Positions 10,481-21,428 are shown, counted from the first letter of the whole stretch. The stretch: 63,889 bases of DNA, filler included, from Candidatus Woesearchaeota archaeon (GCA_003650545.1; 6 parts of 4 records of this genome joined end to end with filler, not necessarily neighbours in it), one strand, 5' to 3'. Notes: generated by a model from the letters alone, not told the origin. Numbers and translations are program-made.

Positions 10481-10876
10481 ATGGGACTCTTTTCAAAGCT
10501 GAAAAAGAAGCTTAAAAGTGAGGAAGACACAGAACTTACCGGAGAAGGTGAACAGCCAGAATATGTTCAACTTGAGACAGAAGAGACCGAACCAAAAGCT
10601 AAGATAACTGTGAAGCCTTTTGTGCTTGAAGATTTTTCTGATACTAATGAAATTCTTGATGCGTTGAGAAAAGGACATACGATTGCTCTTGTAAACATAC
10701 GCCCTTTGAAAGACAAAGATCTTGTTGAGCTAAAACGCGCCATAAACAAATTAAAGAAAACCTGTGATGCTATTGAAGGCGATATTGCTGGTTTTGCAGA
10801 AGATTGGGTTGTTGTAACTCCAAATTTCGTCGAGATTTACAGAACAAAAGAAACAGCAGCAATAAAGGAAGATTAA
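10481..10876 (+). CDS. sepF: Cell division protein SepF
   Basis: ILDALRKGHTIALVNI...ELKRAINKLK...GDIAG...VVVTP. Confidence 0.9.
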   Translation: MGLFSKLKKKLKSEEDTELTGEGEQPEYVQLETEETEPKAKITVKPFVLEDFSDTNEILDALRKGHTIALVNIRPLKDKDLVELKRAINKLKKTCDAIEGDIAGFAEDWVVVTPNFVEIYRTKETAAIKED

Positions 10877-11210
10877 TTAGATTAATTAGGAAGTTTGATT
10901 TTTTTAATTAAAAAAAATTTCTAAGAATATTTTTAATTTTATAGTTTGACTCTCTATAATAGACTTAGACTTATAATAGACTTAGACTCTATAATAGGCT
11001 CTATAATATCTATTTTAGTCCACTTTAGAAAATATTCTATTTTTTTAAACAAAAAATCATCCAAAAATCATCCGCTATTAAAAAAAATGTAGTTATAGTC
11101 GTTATAATTTCTCAAAATCAAAATAGTTTAAAAAATTTCTTAGATATAAAGAAATTTTCATTTTTTAAATTTAACGAAAGACATTTAAAGAAAATCGATT
11201 ATCTGAAGTT

Positions 11211-11807
11211 ATGCTTAAAAAAGTAAAAAAGGAGGAAAAGCCACCAAAAAATGTTCCTTCTAGAAAAATATCCTCAAAAAAAAAGGAGCCAGAAATTTCT
11301 GAATTAAAAGGACAAGAATGTCCTATGTGCAAACAAAAATCTTTAACTTTAACTGAAGCTGAGAGGGATATACCTTATTTCGGTAAAGTGTATATTTTTT
11401 CAATGACATGTTCTAATTGTAAATATCATAAATCAGATGTTGAAGTAGCTGAGAAACAACAGCCCTGCAAATACTCTCTGGAGATTAGTGGCGATAATGA
11501 TCTTAATGCGAGGGTTGTTAAATCGAGTGAAGCAACTGTCAAGATCCCCCATATAATAACAATTGAACCTGGACCTGGCAGTAATGGTTACATAACAAAT
11601 GTCGAAGGTGTGCTTAATAGGATTAAAGGAATAATTGAATCCACTAGAGATGTTGAAGAAGATAAAGAAGCAAAAAAGAAAGCAAGTAAATTACTCAAGA
11701 AAATCAACAGAGCAATGTTCGGTCAGGAAAAAATAAAACTTATTATTGAAGACCCAACAGGGAATTCAATAATCATCAGTGAGAAAGCTATTAAGAGTAA
11801 ATTGTGA
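11211..11807 (+). CDS. ZPR1 zinc finger protein
   Basis: CPMC...IPYFG...CSNC, GYITNVEG, IEDPTGNS. Confidence 0.93.
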   Translation: MLKKVKKEEKPPKNVPSRKISSKKKEPEISELKGQECPMCKQKSLTLTEAERDIPYFGKVYIFSMTCSNCKYHKSDVEVAEKQQPCKYSLEISGDNDLNARVVKSSEATVKIPHIITIEPGPGSNGYITNVEGVLNRIKGIIESTRDVEEDKEAKKKASKLLKKINRAMFGQEKIKLIIEDPTGNSIIISEKAIKSKL

Positions 11808-11902
11808 TAGAGTAAATTATGATAAAGAAATTTCTTTTTGTTAGCAAACTAGATCTTCAGTCTAGTCCATCAATTTCATCAGTCAGCCAATCTTTTTCGA
11901 TT

Positions 11903-12523
11903 TCATAGCATCAGCAATATCAACAACAGCTGTCCGGCAAATGCAGTAAATACTGGCACAGTCAAATTATCATCTATCTTGTTTGTGAACAGTTCAACTA
12001 CGCTCGCTATAAAAGGCATGAATACAATAAATGCAAGGGAAAATAACCAAGGGGTCAATGGAAAAAACACAAAAAACACCAATGTTGCAAGAATGAGATT
12101 TATACAAAAACCAGCCAATGTTCCTTCTAGTGTTTTTGGATTACCGCGAAGAACTCTAACTTTGCCATATTTCATCCCAACTAGGCCCGAGATGGCATCA
12201 CCAAATGTTGTCATAAGCAAAGCTGCTGTTGCAATACGAAGATCAAAGACAGCAAACACGAGAATTGAACTGGTGAACAGCATAACAGTTGCAACAGGTT
12301 TTTTAGCTTCATCCTTACGCACAGAAAATATATAGCCTGGTTTGACACCTAACTCAAGACGGGCAAACTCTGCAACCAATACAACCAGAAGACTAAACAC
12401 CGCAAATAAGATTGTGAAAGTTCTGCCAAACCAAAAATAGCACAACAAAAATATAAGTATCCAGAAAGTGTGTGCCAAATGTAATATTTTCCTTTTTATT
12501 TCTATAGTATCTAAAGTAACCAA
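11903..12523 (-). CDS. Dolichol/phytol kinase (cytidylyltransferase-like) membrane protein
   Basis: RKILH, FGDAISGLVG, KTLEG, DDNLTVP. Confidence 0.88.
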   Translation of the reverse strand: MVTLDTIEIKRKILHLAHTFWILIFLLCYFWFGRTFTILFAVFSLLVVLVAEFARLELGVKPGYIFSVRKDEAKKPVATVMLFTSSILVFAVFDLRIATAALLMTTFGDAISGLVGMKYGKVRVLRGNPKTLEGTLAGFCINLILATLVFFVFFPLTPWLFSLAFIVFMPFIASVVELFTNKIDDNLTVPVFTAFAGQLLLILLML

Positions 12524-12606
12524 AGTTGACCCTTCTCCTAATATGGAAATTAAAACTGTAAGAAAATTGTATTGTTAAACTTTTAAATTTTTGTATCCTA
12601 AAATAA

Positions 12607-13062
12607 TCATATTGTAGGCGCTGTTTGTGAATGGGCACGATGATCTAAGTTACTATCGATAATCTTGCGTATATAATTCCCCTTGCTAAATTGTCTCCTG
12701 TTCTTGCTCATACTTTCTATATGACGCAAAAACAAGAATATCTTTGCACAAATATTGTCAAGTTCTATGATGAGATCTTCATATTTGAAGATTGATACAT
12801 AACCTAAGTCTTTAGCCAGTTTTAGAAGCACCTGCAGCTCACGAGCAGAAGCATAGGATATGTTGCAGTAATAAAAAAATTCCTTAAGTGTTGGCTTAGA
12901 AGCACCCTCTGCTATATTAACAGGCACACTTATGGCAGAACGTCTTATCTGCGATTTTAGGTTGCGTTCTTCATGTGGAAATGCATCTGTTAGTTTATAG
13001 ACCTTTATTGCAAAATCATACGCAAGTGTGTATGCAAAAATCTTTCTGTAGTCTGATGCCAT
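12607..13062 (-). CDS. Four helix bundle protein (23S rRNA IVP / Avd-like)
   Basis: YKLTDAFP.EE..LKSQIRRSAISVPVNIAEG...SYASAREL. Confidence 0.93.
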   Translation of the reverse strand: MASDYRKIFAYTLAYDFAIKVYKLTDAFPHEERNLKSQIRRSAISVPVNIAEGASKPTLKEFFYYCNISYASARELQVLLKLAKDLGYVSIFKYEDLIIELDNICAKIFLFLRHIESMSKNRRQFSKGNYIRKIIDSNLDHRAHSQTAPTI

Positions 13063-13094
13063 TTTATCACCTCTTTTATTTATTTATGTTAATG

Positions 13095-13505
13095 TTAAGA
13101 TATCATTCTTGAATAGGTATATTTTTTTATGGCAGTTTTAATTTTATAATCATGTTTTTCTAAATATTTCATGAAATTAAATAGCTTAGCTGATAAAATA
13201 TCTAACTTATGTAAGTATGTCTCTGCTGAATTTGGTTTGATATATCCAAGTTCGCAAGAAAATGAAACTAACGCTACAAGTTCGCGACAACTTGAGTAAG
13301 CAATATTAACATAATAATAATATTCTTTTATCGAGGATTTTCCACTTCCTTCTGCAATATTAAGAAATGTCGAAAAAATAGCTCTTCTAAACTGCGACCT
13401 TAAACTAACTGCGTTTAGAGGAAATGTATCAGTAAGTCTATACAACTCCAATGAAAGTGTATAACTATCCTTGTAGATATCTAAATTCTTAAAATGTCTA
13501 ACCAT
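13095..13505 (-). CDS. Four helix bundle protein (23S rRNA IVP / Avd-like), second copy
   Basis: MVRHFKNLDIY...SQFRRAIFSTFLNIAEG...AYSSCREL; start taken at MVRH. Confidence 0.9.
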   Translation of the reverse strand: MVRHFKNLDIYKDSYTLSLELYRLTDTFPLNAVSLRSQFRRAIFSTFLNIAEGSGKSSIKEYYYYVNIAYSSCRELVALVSFSCELGYIKPNSAETYLHKLDILSAKLFNFMKYLEKHDYKIKTAIKKYTYSRMIS

Positions 13506-14224
13506 AACTCTTTCCTGGTGATTATAATATATAGGACTTCCTATATATTTTTTATATTTCATGGTATGTATATAGAATATAAATCTAATATAAATCTGTG
13601 ATAAATCTGGTAAAGAGCTATAAAGTCAAAATTGAGAACCCTCTATAGCTTCTTTTAATGATGTGGTTCAGCTAATGATTCAGCTTTCTATATTCTAAAT
13701 TTGGTGCAGCAGCATAGCAGGCACAGAGCTACAGCTATCATTAATCGCATTAAATCACTTGTATATAAAAACAAAACTAAAAACAACCAAAATAAAGAAA
13801 AAAAGCCATGTATACGAAGATACAGGAACGGACGATTGGGGACCGCATGCTAAACATCTCGTTGCCTTGATGCGTACACACCGGTTCCATCAAACTCATG
13901 TTTTATGAGAGTCCTATGATGTCTATTTTTAAGGAGGGTTTCGTGCTTAGATGCTTTCAGCACTTATCCCTTAAAGCGTAGCTGCCCGGCTTACCCTGTC
14001 GGATAACCGGTAGACCAGTGGCTTCGAATCCTCGTTCCTCTCGTACTAAAGGATCCTTCCCCTCAGACATCAAACATCTCCAGTAGATATTAAACAAACT
14101 GCCTCACAGCGTTCTGAACCCAGCTCACGATCCCTTTTGATTGGTGAACACCCACACCCTTGGATGCTGCTGCACATCCAGGATAGGAAGAGCCGACATC
14201 GATGTAGCAAGCCGCGCCGTCGAT

Positions 14225-14275
14225 ATACTCTTTTCGCTATAACTTAACTATTCAGAGCTTAGTTATGGCGAATGT
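14225..14275 (-). other. 51-nt BHB-type intron in 23S helix 89
   Basis: Hairpin insert; central helix GCUC/GAGU with AUA bulges; excision restores GCUCAUAUCGAC. Confidence 0.85.
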
Positions 14276-14817
14276 ATGAGCTCTCGGGCGCGACAACTCT
14301 GTTATCCCCGGAGTAACTTTTCGGTCAGCCCTAAGCCTCATCAAGAAGCTATAGGGGTTCGCTAGACCACGCTTTCACGTTTGGATCTTTTACTGTTCAA
14401 GATCCAATCAGGTTAGCTTTTGCTCTTGCACTCTACTCCGAATTTCTGACTCGGATGAGCTAACCTTTGGGCACCATTGATATGCTTTCAACGGTGTGCC
14501 ACCCCAGCCAAACTGTCTACCTATTGCTGTCCCAAGGTTTCCCTCGGTTAGCGATGCAAACATAGAAGGATGGTGTTACATTGACGCCTATTCGCAATCT
14601 TGCGACTACGACTTCAAGCAGCTCCCATCTACACTATACAACCACACTCACACCACAACAACAAGCTACAGTAAAGTTTCACGGGGTCTTAACTTCCCAC
14701 TGGAGATCCCTGGCCTTTGCACCAGGAAAGAGTTTTCGGAGAGTTCCGTCTGGGGACAGTGGAGATCTCGTTACGCCATTCATGCAGGCCGTCATTCAAA
14801 CGGCAAGGCATTTCGCT

Positions 14818-15123
14818 CACAACTGTTACTTTCTCCTGAACTAGTCAGGATACTGACCTTCGTTAGAAGGCGGGTGTGTATTTCTACACACCTCCACTAG
14901 TCGCCTAGTGGGTCGGACTATATCTTCACACTTCTTTGAGTTTTGATAAGTGTGTCTGGCGTATAGTCTCTGAGGATTCTTCTCTTAGAGAAGTCTTTCC
15001 TGCTGATTACCTCCACTTACGAATTTTTAGGGGTCGCTATGTTGTTGCCAACATAGTAGCCTATCGTAAGATACAGAGGCTTCCCAGCATATAGCCAGAT
15101 TTTATTAAGGCAACTTTGTGTTT
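14818..15123 (-). ncRNA. Group I intron at L1931, 306 nt, no homing endonuclease
   Basis: Exon AAGGU / intron ending in G / AGCGAAAU; R element UCAGAGACUAUA (14962-14973), S element AAGAUAUAGUCC (14915-14926), P/Q-like UGCUGGGAA and AAUCAGCAG. Confidence 0.93.
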
Positions 15124-17246
15124 ACCTTAAGAGAGTTATAGTTACTCCCGCCGTTTATCTGTCCTTAGGACCGTTGTAACAGTCTTTTAGATACAGACAC
15201 TGGGCAGACGTCACCAACTGTACGAACCTTTACAGGCTAGCAGTTAGTTAAGTTTTTGTTAAACAGTCGGACCTCCTTAGTCACTGCGTCCTGCTTTCGC
15301 AAACATAAGCCCACAAAAGCAGGAACCCCTTATGCCGAAGGCACGAGGCTAATTTGCCGAATTCCCTCAAACGGATTAACTCTTGACGCTTTAGGCTTCT
15401 CACCTAGGGGCACCTGTGCTGGTTCTGGGTATAATTACAACAGATCTATCCTCATTCCTTTTTCATGGGGTTAAGGCATCAACCAAACGCCTCATAGAGA
15501 CGCTATTCTCAGATTTAATCAAGTTCTCATCATAACGATACTCCCTTGATTTATTCTGATTAACACTATAGACAAGTAGTGTTGGTCTAGCCCAAACCGT
15601 CAGAAACAAGGCTTGTGTTGCCACATATACTGTTGTAGTACAGGAATATTAACCTGTTTCCCTTTCCCGCAACGTCAGCTAAGACTGCGGTTAGGATTAA
15701 CTTACCCTTAACTGAACGACATTGTTAAGGAACCCTTGCCCTTTCAGCGACAGAGATTCTCACTCTGCTAAGATCCTACTATCACCAGGATTCTCATTTC
15801 TGCTAGATGCATTTCCTCTCTTGAGAAAACTTCTACTCTAACAGAACGCCTGCCTACCATCTTTTGCAAGATCTATAGTATCGGTAGCTAACTTAGCCCC
15901 GTCCATTTTCGAGGCTCGCGGCCTTGACGAGTAAGCTGTTACGCACTTATTATAGGGTGGCTGCTTCTAAGCCAACCTCCTCGCTGTCTATGGCAACGAA
16001 CACTCTTCACCCGTTAACACTTAGCTAGCATTTTGGGACCTTAACTATAGTCTGGGTTGTTCCCCTCTCGGGACTCAAGCTTACCCCGAGCCCCCGTCTC
16101 CTAAGGTCTACAATGTTAGAACATTCTGAGTTGGACAGGAAACCGAAGGATTTCTCCCCCTAAATTCCCAATCCGTAGCTCTACCATTCTAACTATCTCG
16201 CTTAGGGCTTGACTGCGGCCAACTTCGGCAGGAACCAGCTATCACCGAGCTCGATTGGCTTTTCACCCCTAGCCCCAGGTTAGAAGAGCACTTGCCCGTA
16301 GCACCTCTGCAGGCCTCCGCGTGGTTTTACCCACACTTCACCTTACCCAGGGTTAGTTCGCTCGGCTTCGGGTAGTATCCACGTGACTAAAAGGCACTTT
16401 CATACCCTTCCCCTTGCAAAAAAAGCTGCGGGAACTTGATTTCTCTTTGAATCCTCTCCGTAAGAGATTATTCTCGCCACATAGATACACTCCCTGGCAC
16501 GTTATTCGAAACGTACGATAGAACTCCTAAAAGCCCTATCAAACCATAGCTACCAGGTTTCAGGATCTTTTAACTCTCGGTCAAAAGTTCTTTTCAACTT
16601 TCCCTCACGGTACTCGTTTGCTATCGGACTCTAAGAGTATTTAAGGTTGGAAGTTGATGCCTCCCACATTCACGCCTAATCTCCAATAGACGCTACTCTG
16701 GAACACGCTAAGGTCCTTTTGCACTTCCTCTACGGGACTATCACCCTCTATGGTGCTCCTTTCCAGGAGACTTTGAGTCGCACAACGAGGACTTAAAAGC
16801 GGTCCAAACTCTTCATCCATGATACATTTCTGCACCATGTCTGTTTGCCTTATGCTGCTTTCGATCGCCTTTACTCACAGCATCCCTATTGGTTTCTTTT
16901 CCTACAGGTACTAAGACGTTTCAATTCCCTGTGTTCCCTATCCTTTCGGATCTAAAAGCGAAGTCGCATTCGGAAAGCTCCGGTTCAATGGCTACATGCG
17001 CCTCGCCGAAGCATAGCGTTGCTTGTCACGTCCTTCATCGGCTTTAGAGCCTAGTCATCCACCTGATAGCATTAACTAAAGCGTATCTCCGTAAACATGG
17101 CTTCATCAATATAAACATAAAGTTTATTCCACCAAATCATTCGATATTCGTAATATCGAATGATCTTATAAAATATTGAATATTATTTTTGATATATAAA
17201 CAACCAAATGCTTTGTTCTGGAATTTTTAATACCTAAATTATTTTA

Positions 17247-17532
17247 TGGACCCGGCGGGACTTTCGCCAAACCTCTTGCATTGAGCATCATCATCAACCA
17301 AGTGGGCATAAGACTTAACCCACTCTTGTTTAAAATAAAGATTCTAAACATGCCAAAAGTAAGAGCATTTTAGCTCTTTGATGTTTTGCCAGTTGGCAAA
17401 AAGGCTGTTTCGAACCCGCGGCCCCCGCCTATCTAGAGACAGAAACTTGCTTCTAGTCTGTGCAAGGGCGATGCTCTATTTTCCGCTAACCAGCTGTAAC
17501 TGCTAGCATGCACCAGACTGAGCTACAGGCCC
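17247..17532 (-). tRNA. tRNA-Ala(UGC) with three introns (17478-17511, 17431-17460, 17261-17408)
   Basis: Spliced: GGGCCUGUAGCUCAGUCUGGU|AGAGCAUCGCCCUUGCA|AGGCGGGGGCCGCGGGUUCGAA|UCCCGCCGGGUCCA; G3-U70 pair; located in the ITS. Confidence 0.92.
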
Positions 17533-17642
17533 ATTTTAATAAAAATAGCAAGTTGATAGCGTTAAAAGAGAAGCGATACAACCAAACAGCAAATTTGCTT
17601 CTGTTGTATCAACCGACCATTGTCGTCAAAAATTAAAAAAAT

Positions 17643-17684
<42 letters not shown>

Positions 17685-18262
17685 GACGACTTAGCCCATC
17701 TCACTGAGCTTTGATTCGCATTGACTAAAATCAATGCTTATCAAAACCCTGCTCGAGTGGCTTGACGGGCGGTGTGTGCAAGAAGCAGGGACATATTCAC
17801 CGGACGTTGTTGACGTCCGATTACTAGGGATTCCATCGTCATGACAGCGAGTTACAGCCATCAATCTGTACTAGGGTAAGGTTTCGAGGTTTAGCTTCTC
17901 TTTTCAGAGTTGCAACCCATTGTCCTTACCATTGTTGCGCGCGTGTTGCCCAGAAGATTCGGGGCATACAGACCTACCGTGGCCCACACCTTCCTCCCGG
18001 TTTCCTGGGCAGTCTCAACAATGTGCACAGCTTCCACAAAAGCTGTTAGCAATTGTTGACGTGGGTCTCGCTCGTTATCACGCTTAGGTGGACACCTTAC
18101 GGCACGAGCTGACGGCGGCCATGCACCACCTCTCGGCTTGTCCAGTAAGACCTTTAATCTGACTTTCATTCTGCCGTCGCTCCTGGTGAGATTTTCTGTG
18201 TAGAGTTAGATTAAACCGCACGCCGCACCCCTTGTAGTGCTTCCCCGCCAATTCCTTTAAGT

Positions 18263-18305
18263 TTACTGACTCTAGAAGTAAAACCTAAGTTTTCTTCTCA
18301 TGAGT
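18263..18305 (-). other. 43-nt BHB-type 16S intron after position ~908
   Basis: ACUG/CAGU helix with AAA bulges; excision restores GACUGAAACUUAAAGGAAUUG. Confidence 0.85.
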
Positions 18306-18733
18306 TTCAGTCTTGCGACCATACTTCCCAGGCGGCGAGCTTAACACCTTCGCTCCGACACTGGATATTCTCGAAAAATATCCAACATCTAGCTCGCAGC
18401 GTTTACTGCTAGGACTACACGGGTATCTAATCCGGTTCGCTCCCCTAGCCTTCGTCCCTCACTGTCGAACCCGTTCTAGTCAGATGCCTTCGCCATAGGT
18501 GGTCCTCTCAGGATTAATGCATTTTACCGCGCCCCTGAGAATACCTCTGACTCCTCCCGGTTCCAAGTTAGGCAGTGTTCCCTGCAGTCATCGAGTTGAG
18601 CCCGATGCTTTAACAAGGAATTTACCAAACCAGCTACGGACGCTTTAGGCCCAATAAACACGGCTCCCACTTGTGGCGCTGGTGTTACCGCGGCGGCTGG
18701 CACCAGTCTTACCCACCACTTATTCGCCAAGAT

Positions 18734-18774
18734 ATGTAAATCAGAAATGGTACATCAAAATGTCCATTTTTGTA
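18734..18774 (-). other. 41-nt BHB-type 16S intron in the helix 17 loop
   Basis: GUAA/UUAC helix and AUA bulge; excision gives GCCAAGA-GUAAAAA-UCUUGGC. Confidence 0.72.
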
Positions 18775-18950
18775 TTTTACTCTTGGCAAAAGCCAATGCA
18801 AAGCATTAGCACTTGGGATCCCCCTATCACACTTTCGTGCATTGTAGAGGTTTCGCGACTGCTGCACCCCGTAGGGCTAGGACCAGTTTCTCAGTGTCCT
18901 TCTCGGGGCTCCCTCTCTCAAGGCCCCTACCGATCACAGGCTTGGTGGGC

Positions 18951-18995
18951 TTGTACAAGCGTAAGTTTTTCACGAGAAAAACTTTATTTTTCGCA
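18951..18995 (-). other. 45-nt BHB-like 16S intron near position 265 (helix 11)
   Basis: Hairpin insert; excision restores GGUGGGGUAAAGGCCCACCAAG. Confidence 0.8.
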
Positions 18996-19356
18996 CTTTA
19001 CCCCACCAACAACCTAATCGGCCGCCAACTCATCCTTAAGCGTTGCCTTTGAAAAATGCATCCTTCCAGAGTGCATTTCCTATCCGGTTTTAGCTTCAGT
19101 TTCCCGAAGTTATCCCAGACCTAAGGTTAGATTATCGACGTGTTACTGAGCATTCCGCCGGTCTCTTGCGAGCCCTGACTTGCATGTCTAAATCGGATCC
19201 CAATAGCAGCAACCTCCCGCAGGATCAACGGGAATTGTTTATTGGTCGCATAGGAATTCTAGATAGCACTATCAACTTGCATAATTCATACTTAACATAA
19301 TGTTAAGTATACACGTGTGTAGAAAATTGGAGATGATATATTTTAATTTTTTAATG

Positions 19357-19537
19357 TTATTTATAAAGATTTTGGTTTGTTTGTTTATTTAGTTTGTTTT
19401 ATTTTAGTGTGCCTTGCTATTCACTTGCTATTTCTTTTCATGTTATTTCTAAATTAACACTTCACATATCAAAAACACACATTCGCCACTAATTCTAATT
19501 AATATTCTATTGTGTTCATACTATATAAATCTTTCGG
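19357..19537 (-). promoter_or_regulatory. Tandem BRE-TATA promoters of the rRNA operon
   Basis: Minus strand CCGAAAGATTTATATAG (19521-19537) and CCAAAATCTTTATAAATA (~19358-19375). Confidence 0.6.
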
Positions 19538-19542
19538 TGTTA

Positions 19543-19590
19543 GTGACTTAGTGACTGACTAAATGCTGGCAGTTTAACTATCAAAGCTGA
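19543..19590. repeat. Dispersed ~48-bp intergenic repeat, copy 2
   Basis: Matches 8012-8060. Confidence 0.8.
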
Positions 19591-19853
19591 TTTAACCGTG
19601 TTTTATGTTTTTATGTATGTGGCCATTCTATGCTGAATTTATTGTAGCTTAATTGTGACAAACCGCAAGAGACTATGGATTATTTAATATTTCTTAAAAT
19701 CTTTTAAATTCTTGTAATAAAAGCCTTTTAAACCCTACAAGACAAAAATTCATAACTACTGTTAAATGACGAAACATTTATAAAGCAACACTTCTTACAC
19801 TTTATATTGTGGGGTGAATAGAGATTCGGTAGAGTGATAGATGGAACATACGA

Positions 19854-21428
19854 ATGAAGTGCCCTCCCAGAGGATTCTTAGGAAAGATTGCAAATACGAA
19901 AAATATTTTACTATTTGCAGGCGCTCTTACTGTGTTTGGAAGCATTGCACCGTATTCTGCTAAACCAAGTTATGCTGAAACTCGAGTTCTCAAACAGAAA
20001 AATGAGATTCATTACATGATTAATAGTAATGAGAGTTATTCTCAAGCTAGTGATAATGTTGATTTTTCTGCAGATTCTAACCTTGAACAAGAAGTTAAAA
20101 AGCTTTACACTTTTGGTGAGTTGCCTAAAAAATTTTCTGGAAATGACTGCTCTGTTGCAGATGCGCTGTGGGAGATCTATGGCCCAGAACTTTCTTCAAA
20201 AGATAACTTTTCGATGAGAAAGCAGATTTATGAAGATAATTACAATGACAATTATTATGGGTCAAGCAGGCAGAACATAAAGCTGAATAATGACATTCGC
20301 TCTGGTAAGATTCTATTTGACAGTGATGGAAAGTACATAACAAACAGTAATGTATTAAAAATAACAAAAAGCAAAATTGATAATGATAAAGCAAATGGTA
20401 GAAAAGATTATGATAATTATGAGTCAACTAGGATTGCACCTATTCTAAATTTTCAAGAGAGTAAAGAAAATAATAAAGAAATTGCTAATCACCAAGAGAA
20501 CAGTAAAGCTAGTGCACCAGTTACTTTCCAAAAAAATACAAAAATCTCAAAGTCAGATAAGTCAAATAGTTTTGAAATGGTTCCTGAAAGATCATTAATC
20601 AGGCATGATTCTGCACATGTTTATGTTTCCCAAAGATTAGAACAAGCATCTTTGCCAGTCTCACTTAGTTTTAAAGATGATAATAGCGATTATAAGCCTG
20701 AAACACATACAGAAAGTGAAACATACCCAGGTGACAATAGCAAAATAGCTTACGCTGGTGATAATTTTACAGGTTTGCTTGCTTCATCCGATGATAATGG
20801 CTTGGAGGAAACAAAAATAGCTAAAGAATCAGAAATTGCCAAGGAACCTGAAATTGCCAAAGAATCTGAAATCGAAGATTCCCCAGATAGAATAGTTCAA
20901 CTCTCAGCTAATTATGAATATTCATTATTCACTGACTATCCGCAAACACTGCTAAACTTGAATTTTATTGATTTCAAAAATGACTATGTATTAAGAATTG
21001 GCTATGATTTCCAAAAAGAGGGTCCAAAGGCATCTGCTTTGTTTAAATTGGGAGACACTCCTACAACAATTGGAGTTAGCACTAATTTTGAGAATCCCTA
21101 TCTGGCGATAAATAAGTTCGCCATTGGAACAGAGTCTGCTAGCTTAGGAAAGTTTGGTATTGGAAGATATGACTATGATACTGGCGATCTTTCTGTAAAT
21201 AAACTTGGACTGTATGTTGCAACTGGTTTTTATTTAGAAGATAAACTTGAAGATAAAAAAGACATAAAACATGCAAAATGGATGACAAACAATTCTGAAG
21301 GTTGGATAAAAGTGAGAAACTCAATAGTATCGTATGAACAGAAGAAAGCTAATTCGTGCCAGGCTGAAAATTGTCTTTCTGAGTTAGGTGGTGATCTGCT
21401 CGGAGATCCTGGCGAATATGTTATTAAG
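19854..21428 (+). CDS. Secreted/surface hypothetical protein, truncated by contig end
   Basis: Signal-like hydrophobic segment; IAKE(S/P)E tandem repeat. Confidence 0.65.

Larger units (their letters stand above)
13824..17080 (-). rRNA. rrl: 23S rRNA with two introns (ends approximate)
   Basis: Conserved LSU motifs, e.g. sarcin-ricin loop AGUACGAGAGGAAC, GAUGUCGGCUC, UAACUAUAAC. Confidence 0.97.

Noticed and set aside
12607..13562. Diversity-generating retroelement (Avd-like genes)
   Set aside because: No reverse transcriptase and no TR/VR pair seen in the window
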